Notes under the pieces: model-generated
Told to the model about the DNA's origin: nothing
Seen by the model: the letters and a program-made list of their open reading frames with translations, nothing else
Databases searched by the model: none
Source: an uncultured Pelagibacteraceae bacterium
GTDB lineage: Bacteria; Pseudomonadota; Alphaproteobacteria; Pelagibacterales; Pelagibacteraceae
NCBI GenBank assembly: GCA_902559305.1
Contig: CACEHK010000001.1
Coordinates: 163,276-227,275 of the forward strand
DNA: 64,000 bases
Direction: 5' to 3'
Program-made: the position numbers and the translations under genes
Shown: positions 11,762-23,123 of the stretch, piece by piece
Layout of the letters: each line of letters starts with the position of its first letter
Numbering within the stretch: position 1 is the stretch's first letter

Positions 11762-12655
11762 ATGAGTACAACTAAAAACTATAATCTTCCAACGCTCTCA
11801 AACGAGGGTGGTCTAGCTGCATATTTAGCACAGATTAAAAAATTCCCAATGCTAGATGCAGAAGAAGAATACATGCTGGCTAAAAACTGGAAACAAACAG
11901 GAAATCTAAAATCTGCTGAAAAACTAGTCACAAGTCACTTAAGATTAGTTGCTAAAATTGCAATGGGATATAAAGGCTACGGTTTACCTGTTAACGAAAT
12001 GATATCAGAAGGTAATATTGGACTAATGCAAGCTGTAAAAAAATTTGAACCCGAAAAAGGTTTTAGATTGGCAACTTACGCAATGTGGTGGATCAAGGCA
12101 TCTATACAAGAATATATTTTGAGATCTTGGAGTCTTGTAAAAATTGGAACAACAACAGCTCAGAAAAAACTTTTCTTTAATTTAAAAAAAATAAAGAATC
12201 AAATTGCTCCTAAAAATGAAGGGGATTTAAGAGATGAACATGTAACAGAGATTGCAAATAAACTAGATGTCAAGGAAGATGAAGTCGTTTCCATGAACAG
12301 AAGACTTGCTGGAAAAGAACATTCATTAAACGCTCCTGTGGGTGAAGACGGAGATCAATGGCAAGATTGGGTTGTTGATAAAGAAATGGATCAAGAATTA
12401 AAATTTGCTCAAAAAGAAGAAATGGATCAAAGAAAAGATTTATTAAAAGATTCAATTAAAATTTTAAATGATAGAGAAAAAGAAATTTTATATTCAAGAA
12501 GACTAAACGAAGAACCATCGACATTAGAAGAATTAAGTAAAAAATTCAAAATAAGTAGAGAAAGAATTAGACAAATAGAAAATAAGGCTTTTGAAAAACT
12601 TCAAAAGCATATGCTTAACTCAGCAAAATCAAAAAACCTTCTTCCGGTAAATTAG
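11762..12655 (+). CDS. rpoH: RNA polymerase sigma-32 factor
   Basis: RpoH box [10 protein letters not shown]; region 2 [13 protein letters not shown]; region 4 [10 protein letters not shown]. Confidence 0.96.
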   Translation: MSTTKNYNLPTLSNEGGLAAYLAQIKKFPMLDAEEEYMLAKNWKQTGNLKSAEKLVTSHLRLVAKIAMGYKGYGLPVNEMISEGNIGLMQAVKKFEPEKGFRLATYAMWWIKASIQEYILRSWSLVKIGTTTAQKKLFFNLKKIKNQIAPKNEGDLRDEHVTEIANKLDVKEDEVVSMNRRLAGKEHSLNAPVGEDGDQWQDWVVDKEMDQELKFAQKEEMDQRKDLLKDSIKILNDREKEILYSRRLNEEPSTLEELSKKFKISRERIRQIENKAFEKLQKHMLNSAKSKNLLPVN

Positions 12656-13944
12656 ATACTAAAAGGATCAATTATTAATATAGTGTCATTTCTTTCTGGG
12701 CTTGTTGAAATACTAGCAACCTTTGTTTCTATAAATTTCTCTAATTCTCTAATATAAATTTTTGCATTATCTGGGAGGTCATCAAATTTTTTTATTCCTT
12801 TAGTTGAACAATTCCAGCCTTTAAAATTTTTATAAACAGGTTTAGCTTTTAATTGTTCATCTGCAGCTGCAGGTAAATAATCCATTTTTTTTCCATCAAC
12901 TTCATACGCTATACACATTTTAATTTCTCTTAATTGATCTAAAACATCTAACTTAGTTAATGCTATTCCATCTATTCCAGCGATTTTAATTGTTTGTCTA
13001 ACCAAAACACCGTCAAACCAACCACATCTTCTTTTTCTACTTGTAACTGTACCAAATTCTTTTCCAATAGTTCCCAATTTTTCACCTACTTCATCAGTTA
13101 ACTCTGTTGGGAAAGGACCTTCTCCTACTCTTGTTGTATAAGCTTTTGTGATGCCTAAAACATAATTTATTGAATTAGGACCACAGCCAGATCCCGTTGC
13201 AGCAGCAGAAGCTACTGTATTTGAAGATGTTACAAATGGATATGTTCCATGATCAACATCGAGTAAGATACCTTGAGCACCTTCAAACAATATTTTTTTA
13301 CCTTGTAATTTAAATTCATTGATTTTTTTCCATACTGGCTGCGAGTACTTTAATATTTCTGGAGCTATCTTTAATAAATCTTGTTTTAATTTATCTTTTT
13401 TATAAATTTCTTTTCCTAGACCTTTTCTTATTGCATTGTGGTGCATTAAAACTGTTTCTAATCTATGGTCTAAATTTTTTTCAGAGATTAAATCCATAAC
13501 TCTTATTGATCTTCTACCAACCTTATCTTCGTAGGCTGGGCCAATTCCTCTTCTAGTTGTTCCTATTTTAGACTTGCCAGCTGAGTCTTCTCTTATTTCA
13601 TCCATTTCTCTATGGAACGGAAGAATTAAATTTGCAGCTTCTGAAAGAATTAAGTTTTCTACATTTATTTTAACACCTTTTGATTTTATTTCTTTAATTT
13701 CATCCAATAAAGCCCATGGATCAACTACAACACCATTTCCAATAATTGAAATTTTATCTTTTCTTACAATTCCTGAGGGTAATAATCTTAACTTGAACGT
13801 TACACCGTCAATTACAAGAGTATGTCCTGCGTTATGTCCTCCTTGAAATCTAACAACAACATCAGCATTACTGGAAAGCCAATCAACAATCTTTCCTTTG
13901 CCTTCATCTCCCCATTGAGATCCAACAACAACTACATTTTTCAT
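12652..13944 (-). CDS. purA: Adenylosuccinate synthetase
   Basis: [34 protein letters not shown]. Confidence 0.98.
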   Translation of the reverse strand: MKNVVVVGSQWGDEGKGKIVDWLSSNADVVVRFQGGHNAGHTLVIDGVTFKLRLLPSGIVRKDKISIIGNGVVVDPWALLDEIKEIKSKGVKINVENLILSEAANLILPFHREMDEIREDSAGKSKIGTTRRGIGPAYEDKVGRRSIRVMDLISEKNLDHRLETVLMHHNAIRKGLGKEIYKKDKLKQDLLKIAPEILKYSQPVWKKINEFKLQGKKILFEGAQGILLDVDHGTYPFVTSSNTVASAAATGSGCGPNSINYVLGITKAYTTRVGEGPFPTELTDEVGEKLGTIGKEFGTVTSRKRRCGWFDGVLVRQTIKIAGIDGIALTKLDVLDQLREIKMCIAYEVDGKKMDYLPAAADEQLKAKPVYKNFKGWNCSTKGIKKFDDLPDNAKIYIRELEKFIETKVASISTSPERNDTILIIDPFSI

Positions 13945-14753
13945 TTAAACTTTTTATTTATATATATTGTACTTAAATGATTTATTGGTCCATGACCTTT
14001 ACCATACCTGGGTCTTGTGCCAATTGAATGGTTAACATACTTGATTGCCATCTCACAAGATTTCTTTAATGTTTTTCCACACGAATAATAAGTAGCAATA
14101 GCTGTAGATAAAGTGCATCCAGTTCCATGTGTATTTTTTGTATTAATTCTTTTGTTTTTAAAAGCTAAAATTTCTTTTTTATTTAAAAAAATATCTTGAA
14201 CAATGCTTGAATTAAGATGCCCTCCTTTTATCAATACATTTTTTGCTCCCAAATTAAGTAAAATTTTTCCTGAATAAATCATATCATTAGCTGAAAATAT
14301 TTTTGTTTTTGTTAAAATTTCTATTTCAGGAATATTCGGTGTAATTAAACTAACTTTTTTTAGAAGTTTAGATTTTAATATTTTTATAGAACTGTTATTA
14401 ATTAATTTAGCTCCTCCTTTAGCAACCATTACTGGATCTAAGATTATTTTTTTTACATTTATTTTTTTTAAAGATTTTAAAACAGCATTAATTACTTGGT
14501 CTGAATGTAACATTCCAATTTTTATTGCATCAGGTCTTATATCTTTTGATGTAAACTCTATTTGCTTTGATATTTCATTAGGTGCTATAGATACAATTGA
14601 TTTTACGCCAGTAGTATTTTGAGAAGTGACTGCGGTTATTGCTGTCATGGCATACGAGCCCAGTGCAGTAATAGTTTTAATATCAGCTTGTATACCTGCA
14701 CCTCCAGAGGAATCAGATCCTGCAATTATTAAAATTTTCGATTTCGGTTTCAA
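13941..14753 (-). CDS. thiD: Hydroxymethylpyrimidine/phosphomethylpyrimidine kinase
   Basis: [39 protein letters not shown]. Confidence 0.96.
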   Translation of the reverse strand: MKPKSKILIIAGSDSSGGAGIQADIKTITALGSYAMTAITAVTSQNTTGVKSIVSIAPNEISKQIEFTSKDIRPDAIKIGMLHSDQVINAVLKSLKKINVKKIILDPVMVAKGGAKLINNSSIKILKSKLLKKVSLITPNIPEIEILTKTKIFSANDMIYSGKILLNLGAKNVLIKGGHLNSSIVQDIFLNKKEILAFKNKRINTKNTHGTGCTLSTAIATYYSCGKTLKKSCEMAIKYVNHSIGTRPRYGKGHGPINHLSTIYINKKFK

Positions 14754-16084
14754 TTTTTTATCGACCTTTTAATTATTTTTATACATTTTAAAATTAAATT
14801 TTTATTGTATGACTCTCCCATAATTCTTATTTTTGATTCTGTACCAGATTTTCTTACTAAAAGTCTACCATTCCTAGCCATTAATTTATTTGCGTTTCTA
14901 ATTGCTTTTTTACACTTTGATTCATTCAATATATTTTTGTCTCTAACAATAATGTTTTCTAAAACTTGAGGCATGGGTTTAAAAACATTTAATAATTCAC
15001 TAGCCTTTTTTCCTTTTCTCATTGAAAATAAAACTTCAAGTGCAACTAACAATCCATCACCAGTGGTTGCAAATTTTCCTAATATAATATGACCTGATTG
15101 TTCTCCTCCTAAATTAAACATGTTTTTTTGCATTTTTTCTTTAACGTATCTGTCTCCAACTTTAGCTCTAATGAAACTTATTTTTTTTTTTTTAAAATAA
15201 TTTTGTAAACCGTAGTTAGACATTAGAGTTCCAATTACTCCACCCTTAAGAATTTTCTTTCTTTTCCATCTATCTCCAAGCATTGCTATAATCTGGTCAC
15301 CATCAACTATGGTTCCTTTTTCATCACATAAAATTATTCTGTCTGCATCACCATCTAATGATATGCCTAAATTGACTCTATGTTTTTTAACTAAAGTTCT
15401 AATTTTTTTGGGAAAAGTAGATCCACATTTTTCATTAATATTTAAACCATTGGGTGATGTTCCAACGTTATAAACTTTTGCACCCAGAGATTTTAAAAGT
15501 TTTGGACCAGATTTATATCCTGCGCCATTTGCACAATCGATAGCAATTTTAATTCCTTTTAAACTGAAATTATTTGGAAAATTGGATTTTAAAATTTCAA
15601 TATATATATCATTAGCATTTTCTAATCTTTTCACTCTTCCCAGAATATTTGGTTTCGATAATTTTTTTGTTATTTTTGAGTCTATTAATTTTTCAATTTT
15701 TTTTTCAATTTTATCAGATAACTTTAAACCATCAGGCCCAAACAATTTTAGTCCATTATCAAAATAAGGATTATGAGATGCTGTTATCATAATACCCATG
15801 TTGGCTTTCATTCTTTTGGTTAACATGGCAAGACCATTTGTTGGCAAAGGACCTAAAGTATAAACATGCATTCCTGTAGATGCTAAACCTGATACTAGAG
15901 CAGGTTCTAAAGTATAGCCAGAAAGCCTTGTATCCTTAGCAATAATTGCTATTTGTTTGCTTTTTTTTAAATTTTTAAAATAAGTTCCTGCTGCTAAGCC
16001 AAATTTAAAAAACATTTCTCCATTGATATTTCCTTGATTGACCCTTCCCCTTATTCCATCAGTTCCAAAATATTTTTTTGACAT
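14750..16084 (-). CDS. glmM: Phosphoglucosamine mutase
   Basis: FGTDGIRG, TASHNP, DGDADR, GGEQSGH, RKSGTE. Confidence 0.96.
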   Translation of the reverse strand: MSKKYFGTDGIRGRVNQGNINGEMFFKFGLAAGTYFKNLKKSKQIAIIAKDTRLSGYTLEPALVSGLASTGMHVYTLGPLPTNGLAMLTKRMKANMGIMITASHNPYFDNGLKLFGPDGLKLSDKIEKKIEKLIDSKITKKLSKPNILGRVKRLENANDIYIEILKSNFPNNFSLKGIKIAIDCANGAGYKSGPKLLKSLGAKVYNVGTSPNGLNINEKCGSTFPKKIRTLVKKHRVNLGISLDGDADRIILCDEKGTIVDGDQIIAMLGDRWKRKKILKGGVIGTLMSNYGLQNYFKKKKISFIRAKVGDRYVKEKMQKNMFNLGGEQSGHIILGKFATTGDGLLVALEVLFSMRKGKKASELLNVFKPMPQVLENIIVRDKNILNESKCKKAIRNANKLMARNGRLLVRKSGTESKIRIMGESYNKNLILKCIKIIKRSIKN

Positions 16085-17136
16085 TATTTAAAATTTAATG
16101 ATTTAAAAACTTTTATACTTTGATTTACTTCATTAATATTATGAATTCTTATTATTTGAATTCCTTGGCTCATTGCAAATAAACTGGATGATATTGTTCC
16201 ACCCAACCTTTCTTTACTATCATTATTTCCAGATAAATCTTTTATAAATCTTTTTCTAGAAATACCTAACATTATAGGAAAACCAAGGGAGTGAAAAATA
16301 GAAACATTGCTTAATAAGGTCATATTATGTTTCAAGTTTTTACCAAAACCAATGCCTGGATCTAAGATAATATTATTATGCTTAATTCCTAAATATCTCA
16401 TTTCTTTTATTTTATTTTCAAAAAAATCATAAATATCCAAAAGAACATTTTTATATTGAGGATTTTTTTGCATAGTTTTAGGTGTCCCTTTCATGTGATG
16501 AATCACAAAAGGAATTTTAGATTTTTTTAAAACATAACTTGTTTTAGAATCATGCTCAAAACCTGAAACATCATTTATTAAATTTACTTTTTGTTTTATT
16601 CCTTTTTCCATAATCCAACTTTTTCGTGTATCTAATGAAATAATTTTTTTTAGTTTTTTAATTTGTTTTAAAGTGCTATTTATTCTTTTCCATTCAATTG
16701 ATGCCGCAACATCATTGGCACCTGGTCTTGTTGATTCTCCTCCTATATCTAAAATATCAGATCCTTTTTGGGCTAAGTATTTCGCGTGATTAAATCCAGA
16801 ATTTTTTTTGTTATATTTTCCTCCATCTGAAAAACTATCTGGTGTTAAATTAATAACTCCCATTAAAATAGGAAAATGTAAAAAATTTAGTCCTTTGAAT
16901 TTTTTTTTTTTTGTAATTAAATTGATATCTTCTTTGATTTTTTTTTTTATTTTAAGATTCTGTTTTTTAATCTCACTAATATGTATTTTTTTTTTATATT
17001 TTCTGGTGATGATTTCTATATTATCAAAAGATATTAAATTATTTCCATTTAATGGAAGGGATAATTTTTTTTTGATCTTTTCTTTTGATGATGATCCATA
17101 ATAAAAATTACACGCACGAGTGTAATATTTTATCAT
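16084..17136 (-). CDS. folP: Dihydropteroate synthase with basic N-terminal extension
   Basis: NLTPDSFSDGG, GGESTRPG, DPGIGFGK, SRKRF. Confidence 0.95.
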   Translation of the reverse strand: MIKYYTRACNFYYGSSSKEKIKKKLSLPLNGNNLISFDNIEIITRKYKKKIHISEIKKQNLKIKKKIKEDINLITKKKKFKGLNFLHFPILMGVINLTPDSFSDGGKYNKKNSGFNHAKYLAQKGSDILDIGGESTRPGANDVAASIEWKRINSTLKQIKKLKKIISLDTRKSWIMEKGIKQKVNLINDVSGFEHDSKTSYVLKKSKIPFVIHHMKGTPKTMQKNPQYKNVLLDIYDFFENKIKEMRYLGIKHNNIILDPGIGFGKNLKHNMTLLSNVSIFHSLGFPIMLGISRKRFIKDLSGNNDSKERLGGTISSSLFAMSQGIQIIRIHNINEVNQSIKVFKSLNFK

Positions 17137-17142
17137 TATAGT

Positions 17143-19047
17143 CTAATGAACTATTTTTGGTTTTAATCCTATTGAACCAAGAGCTGAAGAGTCATCATTT
17201 TCCTCGATTTTCAAATCTTCTTTATTTGATGGATAAATATTTTTATTAATTATATTTTCTATTTCTTCACCAGTTAAAGTTTCATAGGTTAATAAAGCTT
17301 TAGCTACTTTATGTAGATCCTCGACTTTGCTCGTTAAAATTTTCTTTGCCTGATTATAGCCCTCATCAACAAGTTTTCTGATTTCTTTATCTATTTTTTG
17401 AGCAACTGCCTCGGAAACACTTTGTGTTTGGGTTACTGATCTGCCTAAGAATACTTCTTCTTGATTCTCTCCATATTCAACAGGCCCTAATTCTTCACTC
17501 ATTCCATATTTAGTTACCATTGCTCTAGCAAGTTGAGTGGCTTGATTAATATCTGAGCCACTTCCACCACCAGCACCAGTAGATATGTTATCTTTTCCAA
17601 AAATAATTTCTTCTGCAACTCTTCCTCCAAAACAAACAGCTAATCTTGCTTTTAGATATTTAATAGAGTGTCCATGTTTATCTCTTTCTGGTAAATTCAT
17701 CACCATACCAAGCGCTCTACCTCTAGGTATAATTGTAGCTTTATGAATTGGATCGTAACTTGGCATATTAAATGAAACCAGAGCATGTCCTCCTTCGTGA
17801 TATGCTGTTAATTTTTTTTCATCTTCGGTCATTACCATAGATCTTCTTTCTGCACCCATCATAACTTTATCTTTTGCTTCTTCAAATTCTTGGTTTGTAA
17901 CAATTCTTTTATTTTTTCTTGCAGCCAATAATGCTGACTCATTAACTAAATTTGCAAGATCTGCACCTGAAAAACCGGGGGTTCCTCTAGCTACAGTTCT
18001 TAAGTTTACGTCTGGGGCCATTGAAATTTTCTTAGCATGAACTTTTAAAATCTTTTCTCTACCTAAAATATCAGGGTTTGAGACAACTACTTGTCTATCA
18101 AATCTTCCTGGTCTCAAAAGAGCTGGGTCTAAAACGTCAGGTCTATTTGTTGCTGCTATTATAATTACACCTTCATTTGTATCAAATCCATCCATTTCAA
18201 CTAATAATTGGTTAAGAGTTTGTTCTCTTTCATCATTTCCACCACCAAGTCCGGCTCCTCTACTTCTTCCTACCGCATCTATTTCATCAATAAATATAAT
18301 ACAAGGAGAATGTTTTTTTCCCTGCTCAAACATATCTCTAACTCTAGATGCTCCAACACCTACGAACATTTCGACAAAATCTGAACCTGATATAGTAAAA
18401 AAAGGAACTCCAGCTTCTCCTGCGATTGCTCTTGCTAATAATGTTTTTCCAGTTCCTGGTGGTCCTACCAAAAGACAACCTCTCGGTATTTTACCACCGA
18501 GTCTACTAAATCTTTTTGGATCTTTCAAAAATTCAACTACTTCCTCTACTTCTTCTTTAGCCTCTTCAACTCCAGCAACATCATTAAATGTTACTTTTCC
18601 TTTTAGTTCATTCATCATTTTTGCTTTAGATCTTCCAAAGCCCATGGCTCCACCTTTTCCTCCCTGCATTTGTCTCATGAAAAATATCCACACTGCAATT
18701 AGTAAGAGCATTGGAAACCACGAAAGCAAAACACCTAAAAGCGAAGGCATTTTTTCCTCTAAAGGTGACGCTGAAATACTTACTCCTTTGCTAGATAGTT
18801 TTTCTATTAAATTTGGATCATTAGGTGAATAAGTTGTAAACTTTTGTCCATCTGACATTATTCCTTTAATATTATTTCCTTGAATTTCAACTTGCACAAC
18901 TCTTCCGTTATCAACCTCAGTTAAAAATTCTGAAAATATAATATTATTTTTTTGAGATACTGAGCTCTGTGGATTCTTAAACATATTGTATAAGCCAATA
19001 GTTAAAAAAACTATTATTGCCCACATAGCTAAATTTTTAAAATTCAT
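17143..19047 (-). CDS. ftsH: ATP-dependent zinc metalloprotease FtsH
   Basis: 2 TM segments, [17 protein letters not shown] motif, HEGGH zinc motif. Confidence 0.98.
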   Translation of the reverse strand: MNFKNLAMWAIIVFLTIGLYNMFKNPQSSVSQKNNIIFSEFLTEVDNGRVVQVEIQGNNIKGIMSDGQKFTTYSPNDPNLIEKLSSKGVSISASPLEEKMPSLLGVLLSWFPMLLLIAVWIFFMRQMQGGKGGAMGFGRSKAKMMNELKGKVTFNDVAGVEEAKEEVEEVVEFLKDPKRFSRLGGKIPRGCLLVGPPGTGKTLLARAIAGEAGVPFFTISGSDFVEMFVGVGASRVRDMFEQGKKHSPCIIFIDEIDAVGRSRGAGLGGGNDEREQTLNQLLVEMDGFDTNEGVIIIAATNRPDVLDPALLRPGRFDRQVVVSNPDILGREKILKVHAKKISMAPDVNLRTVARGTPGFSGADLANLVNESALLAARKNKRIVTNQEFEEAKDKVMMGAERRSMVMTEDEKKLTAYHEGGHALVSFNMPSYDPIHKATIIPRGRALGMVMNLPERDKHGHSIKYLKARLAVCFGGRVAEEIIFGKDNISTGAGGGSGSDINQATQLARAMVTKYGMSEELGPVEYGENQEEVFLGRSVTQTQSVSEAVAQKIDKEIRKLVDEGYNQAKKILTSKVEDLHKVAKALLTYETLTGEEIENIINKNIYPSNKEDLKIEENDDSSALGSIGLKPKIVH

Positions 19048-19054
19048 AATGATA

Positions 19055-19082
19055 AAGTAAGAATTATTATAAATTTAACAAG
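19055..19082 (-). promoter_or_regulatory. Candidate RpoH-type promoter of ftsH
   Basis: Minus strand CTTG-N17-CTTACTT, then 7 nt to ATG; resembles the alphaproteobacterial sigma-32 consensus CTTG-N17-CYTATNT. Confidence 0.4.
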
Positions 19083-19099
19083 TGCTAAATTGTTACAAA

Positions 19100-20155
19100 T
19101 CACTGTTTTTTTCGTTTTTCTTCATAAATAATAAAAGAATTATCGATTTTTTCTAATATACATCCTGAAATATTTGCTTTTTTTATCTCCCCAGATCCAA
19201 ATTTTAGTAATAATTGAGAAATACTATTTCCTCTAGGTGGATAGTATTTATTGCCAATCTTTTTTAATATATTTATTAAAGATCTAAAGACAATTTCGTG
19301 AGGCTGATTAAAGAAGCTTGTATTTAAAATATAGCATTTTTTCAATCTAAAATATTTTGCATTTTCTTCAATATTTTTTTTTACATAATGATTAATTGCA
19401 AAGTTAGAGTCTGAAAGATTATTTATAGTTAAATTTAACTTTTTTAAATTTAATCCATCTGATTTTAAATTATCAATTAAATTCCTTATTCTAATCCTTT
19501 TGAAATTTGTATTTTTATTGGATGGATCATCAAATTTAAATTTGAATACTCTATTTGATAACAAATCTAAATCATTTTTTTTTAAACCTATTAAAGGTCT
19601 TACAATTTTTAGTTTATAATTGTAGTCAGTTATAATTTGATTGAAAGATACTAGTCCTTTTAGTCCAGAACCTCTAAGCAATCTAATTATAAAATTTTCA
19701 TATAAATCATCAATGTGATGAGCAACAAAAATATAATTTATATTATTTTTAATGCAGTCATTATAAATTAATTTATATCTTTCGTTTCTTGCTATTGATT
19801 GAATATTTGACTTTGGTTTTTTTCCTTTCCACTTTAAAATTTTACATTTTATGTCAAATTTATTTAATTCCAATCTCAGCTTATTTGCTTCTTTTGAAGA
19901 TTCCCTCCTTAGTCCATGATCAACATGATAGTACATAACTTTAATATGATTTAATATCGAATAACATTTAGATAAGTAGGTTAATGATAGACTGTCAGAT
20001 CCACCTGATACGGCTACTGAAAAATGTGATTTGTTGTGATTTAATTTAATAATTCTATCAAATTTATTGTAAATTTTTTTTATTAATGGGTCTTTTAAAT
20101 AAAATAATAATTTCTTATGAATTTTCTTTTTTGCACTCAAACTTTTTTTCTTCAT
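19100..20155 (-). CDS. tilS: tRNA(Ile)-lysidine synthetase
   Basis: PP-loop AVSGGSDS, VDHGLR, ARNERY, AHHIDD, DPSN; start probably ATG 20155 (uncertain), overlapping the cpoB 3' end. Confidence 0.93.
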   Translation of the reverse strand: MKKKSLSAKKKIHKKLLFYLKDPLIKKIYNKFDRIIKLNHNKSHFSVAVSGGSDSLSLTYLSKCYSILNHIKVMYYHVDHGLRRESSKEANKLRLELNKFDIKCKILKWKGKKPKSNIQSIARNERYKLIYNDCIKNNINYIFVAHHIDDLYENFIIRLLRGSGLKGLVSFNQIITDYNYKLKIVRPLIGLKKNDLDLLSNRVFKFKFDDPSNKNTNFKRIRIRNLIDNLKSDGLNLKKLNLTINNLSDSNFAINHYVKKNIEENAKYFRLKKCYILNTSFFNQPHEIVFRSLINILKKIGNKYYPPRGNSISQLLLKFGSGEIKKANISGCILEKIDNSFIIYEEKRKKQ

Positions 20156-21110
20156 ATTTTGCTTTTTGAAGAACAGATTGATTTGCTTTAGGGTATTGTT
20201 TTTGAACACCTGTAATCATTAAGCAACCCTGATCTTTTTCTCCTATCTGAACTAATGATACTCCAAGTTTTAATAAATTTATAGGAGCCTTTTTACTTTT
20301 AGGATAATTTTGATAGCCTTCTAAATATGCTGAAGCTGCATCAGTATATAATTGTCTAATTCTAAATGTTTCAGCATACCAATATTGAGCACTACCAGCT
20401 AATTCATTATCTGGGAAGGTATTTACAAATTCTCTAAAAGCTCTTTCTGCAGTATTATAGTCACCTACTTTTAATAGGTTTGTTGCAAACTCATATTTTT
20501 CATCAATTGTACCTTCAGGTAATATTTTTTCCTCAGATTCAAATGTTTCAGTTACTACAGTTCCAGTAGTATCAACAGATTGGGTTATTTGATTTTCCAA
20601 ATTAGTTTCTGAATCTTTATAAGATATTTCTCCTAAATCTTGCGGCTGAGACGAACCAGGCAAAATTTGATCTTCGTTTTGATTAGAAATAGATGATAAA
20701 CTTTGATTTTCATCAGTGTTGTTATTTGTAATTCCTTGTTCTAGTTGTTGAAACCTTAATTGATTATCAGCCTGAATTTTTGAAACTCTTGATGATAACT
20801 TGTCTATTTTAAAATTTATTTCTTCAAATTTATTTGTGAGTTCTTGAAATTGTTTTTCAATTTCAGATAATTTAAGCAAATGCCTTGTAAGTACTTCTTC
20901 AGAGTTTTGATCAATATCATTAATTTTACCACTAACCGTTTCATTTGATGAAAAGTCTTCAGAATATACGGCTCTCTCTAATGTTTTTAAATCTTTTTGA
21001 ATTAATTCAATTATTTCATTTAAATTATGGCTATCTGCAAAAACTTTACTTGAAAAATTTGTTGCTAAAAAAGCAAAAATTAAACAAAAATAATATTTGT
21101 ATTTAAGCAT
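20115..21110 (-). CDS. cpoB: Tol-Pal associated TPR protein CpoB (YbgF)
   Basis: Signal peptide, coiled coil, C-terminal TPR (AQYWYAE, YPKSKKAP..LLKLG); downstream of pal. Confidence 0.92.
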   Translation of the reverse strand: MLKYKYYFCLIFAFLATNFSSKVFADSHNLNEIIELIQKDLKTLERAVYSEDFSSNETVSGKINDIDQNSEEVLTRHLLKLSEIEKQFQELTNKFEEINFKIDKLSSRVSKIQADNQLRFQQLEQGITNNNTDENQSLSSISNQNEDQILPGSSQPQDLGEISYKDSETNLENQITQSVDTTGTVVTETFESEEKILPEGTIDEKYEFATNLLKVGDYNTAERAFREFVNTFPDNELAGSAQYWYAETFRIRQLYTDAASAYLEGYQNYPKSKKAPINLLKLGVSLVQIGEKDQGCLMITGVQKQYPKANQSVLQKAKYEEKKFECKKENS

Positions 21111-21138
21111 AAATTTTATTTGTAATTATAATCATGGC

Positions 21139-21176
21139 AAAAAAAAGACCCTATAACCATAAAAGGTTAAAGGGTC
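21139..21176 (-). terminator. Rho-independent terminator after pal
   Basis: Minus strand GACCCTTTAACC-ttttat-GGTTATAGGGTC (one mismatch) followed by T8. Confidence 0.8.
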
Positions 21177-21199
21177 CTTTAGAATTAAATAAAACTTAT

Positions 21200-21685
21200 T
21201 TAGTTTGCTTTAACTGTAACTGATCTTCTGTTTTTTGACCAAGCCAAAGGATTTGATCCTGAATCAACCGGTCTTTCTTTACCATAACTAATTACAGAAA
21301 TTCTGCTAGAAGATATTCCATATGTCATTAAATAATCTTTAGCTGCATTAGCTCTTCTTTCACCTAATGCCAAGTTGTACTCTCTTGTACCTCTTTCATC
21401 AGCATGTCCTTCGAGAACTACGTTTATCTCAGAATTTTTTCTTAACCAAGCTGCTTGCTTTCTTAAAGTTTCTCTAGAAGCAGTTGTTAGAACTGATTCA
21501 TTTGTTGCAAAGAAAACTCTATCAGGAACACCGTCAGCCAAGTATTCTACAGTGTCTGTACCCGTGTAAACATCACCTTGTATTTGTGAATCGATTTTTG
21601 TTGTAGTTTGTGTAGCACATGCAGACAACACAAAACCTAAAAACATTACTAAAAATATATTTTTATAAATTTTCCCTAAATTCAT
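21200..21685 (-). CDS. pal: Peptidoglycan-associated lipoprotein
   Basis: Lipobox LSAC; GHADERGTREYNLALGERRA; AAGGAG Shine-Dalgarno upstream. Confidence 0.97.
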   Translation of the reverse strand: MNLGKIYKNIFLVMFLGFVLSACATQTTTKIDSQIQGDVYTGTDTVEYLADGVPDRVFFATNESVLTTASRETLRKQAAWLRKNSEINVVLEGHADERGTREYNLALGERRANAAKDYLMTYGISSSRISVISYGKERPVDSGSNPLAWSKNRRSVTVKAN

Positions 21686-21776
21686 TACTGCTCCTTAAAT
21701 CTATTTTTTTTAAACTTTTTCACAACTGAATAGATCTTACAAGCTTAAAAATCAATAAATTTTTGTTAAAAATCAA

Positions 21777-23123
21777 CTAATTGCTCAATAATGACGACCA
21801 AGATGGGTCTGATGCGTCTGTTTCAGTGTTTACCAGTCTCTCATTATAGCCCGTTAAATCGATTGACCAAAGTTTCGCTGAAAACCCCTCTCCTTTGCTG
21901 TCAGTCTTTGTTTCCCTATAAAATATTAAAACTCTCCCATTAGGAGACCATGATGGGGCTTCTTGATAGTAATTTTCTGTTAAAAGCCTTTCTCCCTTAC
22001 CATCGGTTCTCATTACACCAATATAAAATTTTCCTTTGTGTAATTTAGTAAATGCAATCAAATCCCCTCTTGGCGACCAAACAGGTGTTCCATATAAACC
22101 ATTTCCAAAAGAAATTCTCTTTACATTTGAACCATCACTTTTCATTACATAGATTTGTTGGTATCCACTCCTATCAGAGTTAAATGCAATATACTTTCCA
22201 TCTGGAGAATAAGAAGGAGAAGTATCTATTGAAGGGTGATTAGTAATTCTTTCAACAATTCTATTTTCTAAATCCATAGTATAAATATCTGATTTTCCAT
22301 CCATTGCAAAACTCATAATAATTTTTTTACCATCAGGAGAAAATCGAGGCGCAAAAGTCATTCCCGGGAAATCACCAACCACTTCTTGTATTCCTGTTTC
22401 AATATCCAATAAATAAACTCTAGGCAAATTTTTAAAATACGAGAGATAAGTTACCATTTGATTTGTTGGATTAAATCTTGGAGTCAAAACTAGCTCATTA
22501 CCCAAGGTTAAATATTTCGTATTAAAACCGTCTTGATCCATTATTGCTAATTTTTTTATCCTTTGGATTTTTGGTCCTTCTTCAGCAACATAAATAATTC
22601 TTGTATCAAAATAACCTTTTTCTCCAGTCAGTCTTTCATAAACTTTATCAGTAATAATATGACCTATTCTTCTCCAATTTTTAGGAACAGTTGTAAAAGC
22701 TAAAGCTAGAATTTCTTTACCGGCCAATACATCCCACAACCTAAATTCAACCCTCAACTTTCCATCTTTAAGATTTATTTTTCCTGTAATTAATGCTTGA
22801 GCTTTAATTAAAGCCCAATCTTCAAATCTCGGTTTTAAGTGTGCAATATCTGGTTTTTGCAAAAATGCTTCTTTATCCAAGGGATTAAATAAACCTGATG
22901 TTTTTAGATTATTCTCAACAACTCTTGAAATTTCTAAACCTATATCATCTATTTTTAATTCTTTCTTTAATTTTACTTTATCAGCTTCACTTGAGGATAT
23001 AGATGAAACTGCTATCGGTAACGGATTTAAATTACCTCTTGTTATATCAACTTCTATTAACGCCATAGATTTTAGCGGATAAAAAATTAATATACATAAA
23101 AGTAAAAATTTTTTATTTATCAT
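21777..23123 (-). CDS. tolB: Tol-Pal beta-propeller protein TolB
   Basis: Signal peptide, [13 protein letters not shown]40 repeats (PRFSPDG, PSYSPDG, PSWSPNG). Confidence 0.97.
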   Translation of the reverse strand: MINKKFLLLCILIFYPLKSMALIEVDITRGNLNPLPIAVSSISSSEADKVKLKKELKIDDIGLEISRVVENNLKTSGLFNPLDKEAFLQKPDIAHLKPRFEDWALIKAQALITGKINLKDGKLRVEFRLWDVLAGKEILALAFTTVPKNWRRIGHIITDKVYERLTGEKGYFDTRIIYVAEEGPKIQRIKKLAIMDQDGFNTKYLTLGNELVLTPRFNPTNQMVTYLSYFKNLPRVYLLDIETGIQEVVGDFPGMTFAPRFSPDGKKIIMSFAMDGKSDIYTMDLENRIVERITNHPSIDTSPSYSPDGKYIAFNSDRSGYQQIYVMKSDGSNVKRISFGNGLYGTPVWSPRGDLIAFTKLHKGKFYIGVMRTDGKGERLLTENYYQEAPSWSPNGRVLIFYRETKTDSKGEGFSAKLWSIDLTGYNERLVNTETDASDPSWSSLLSN

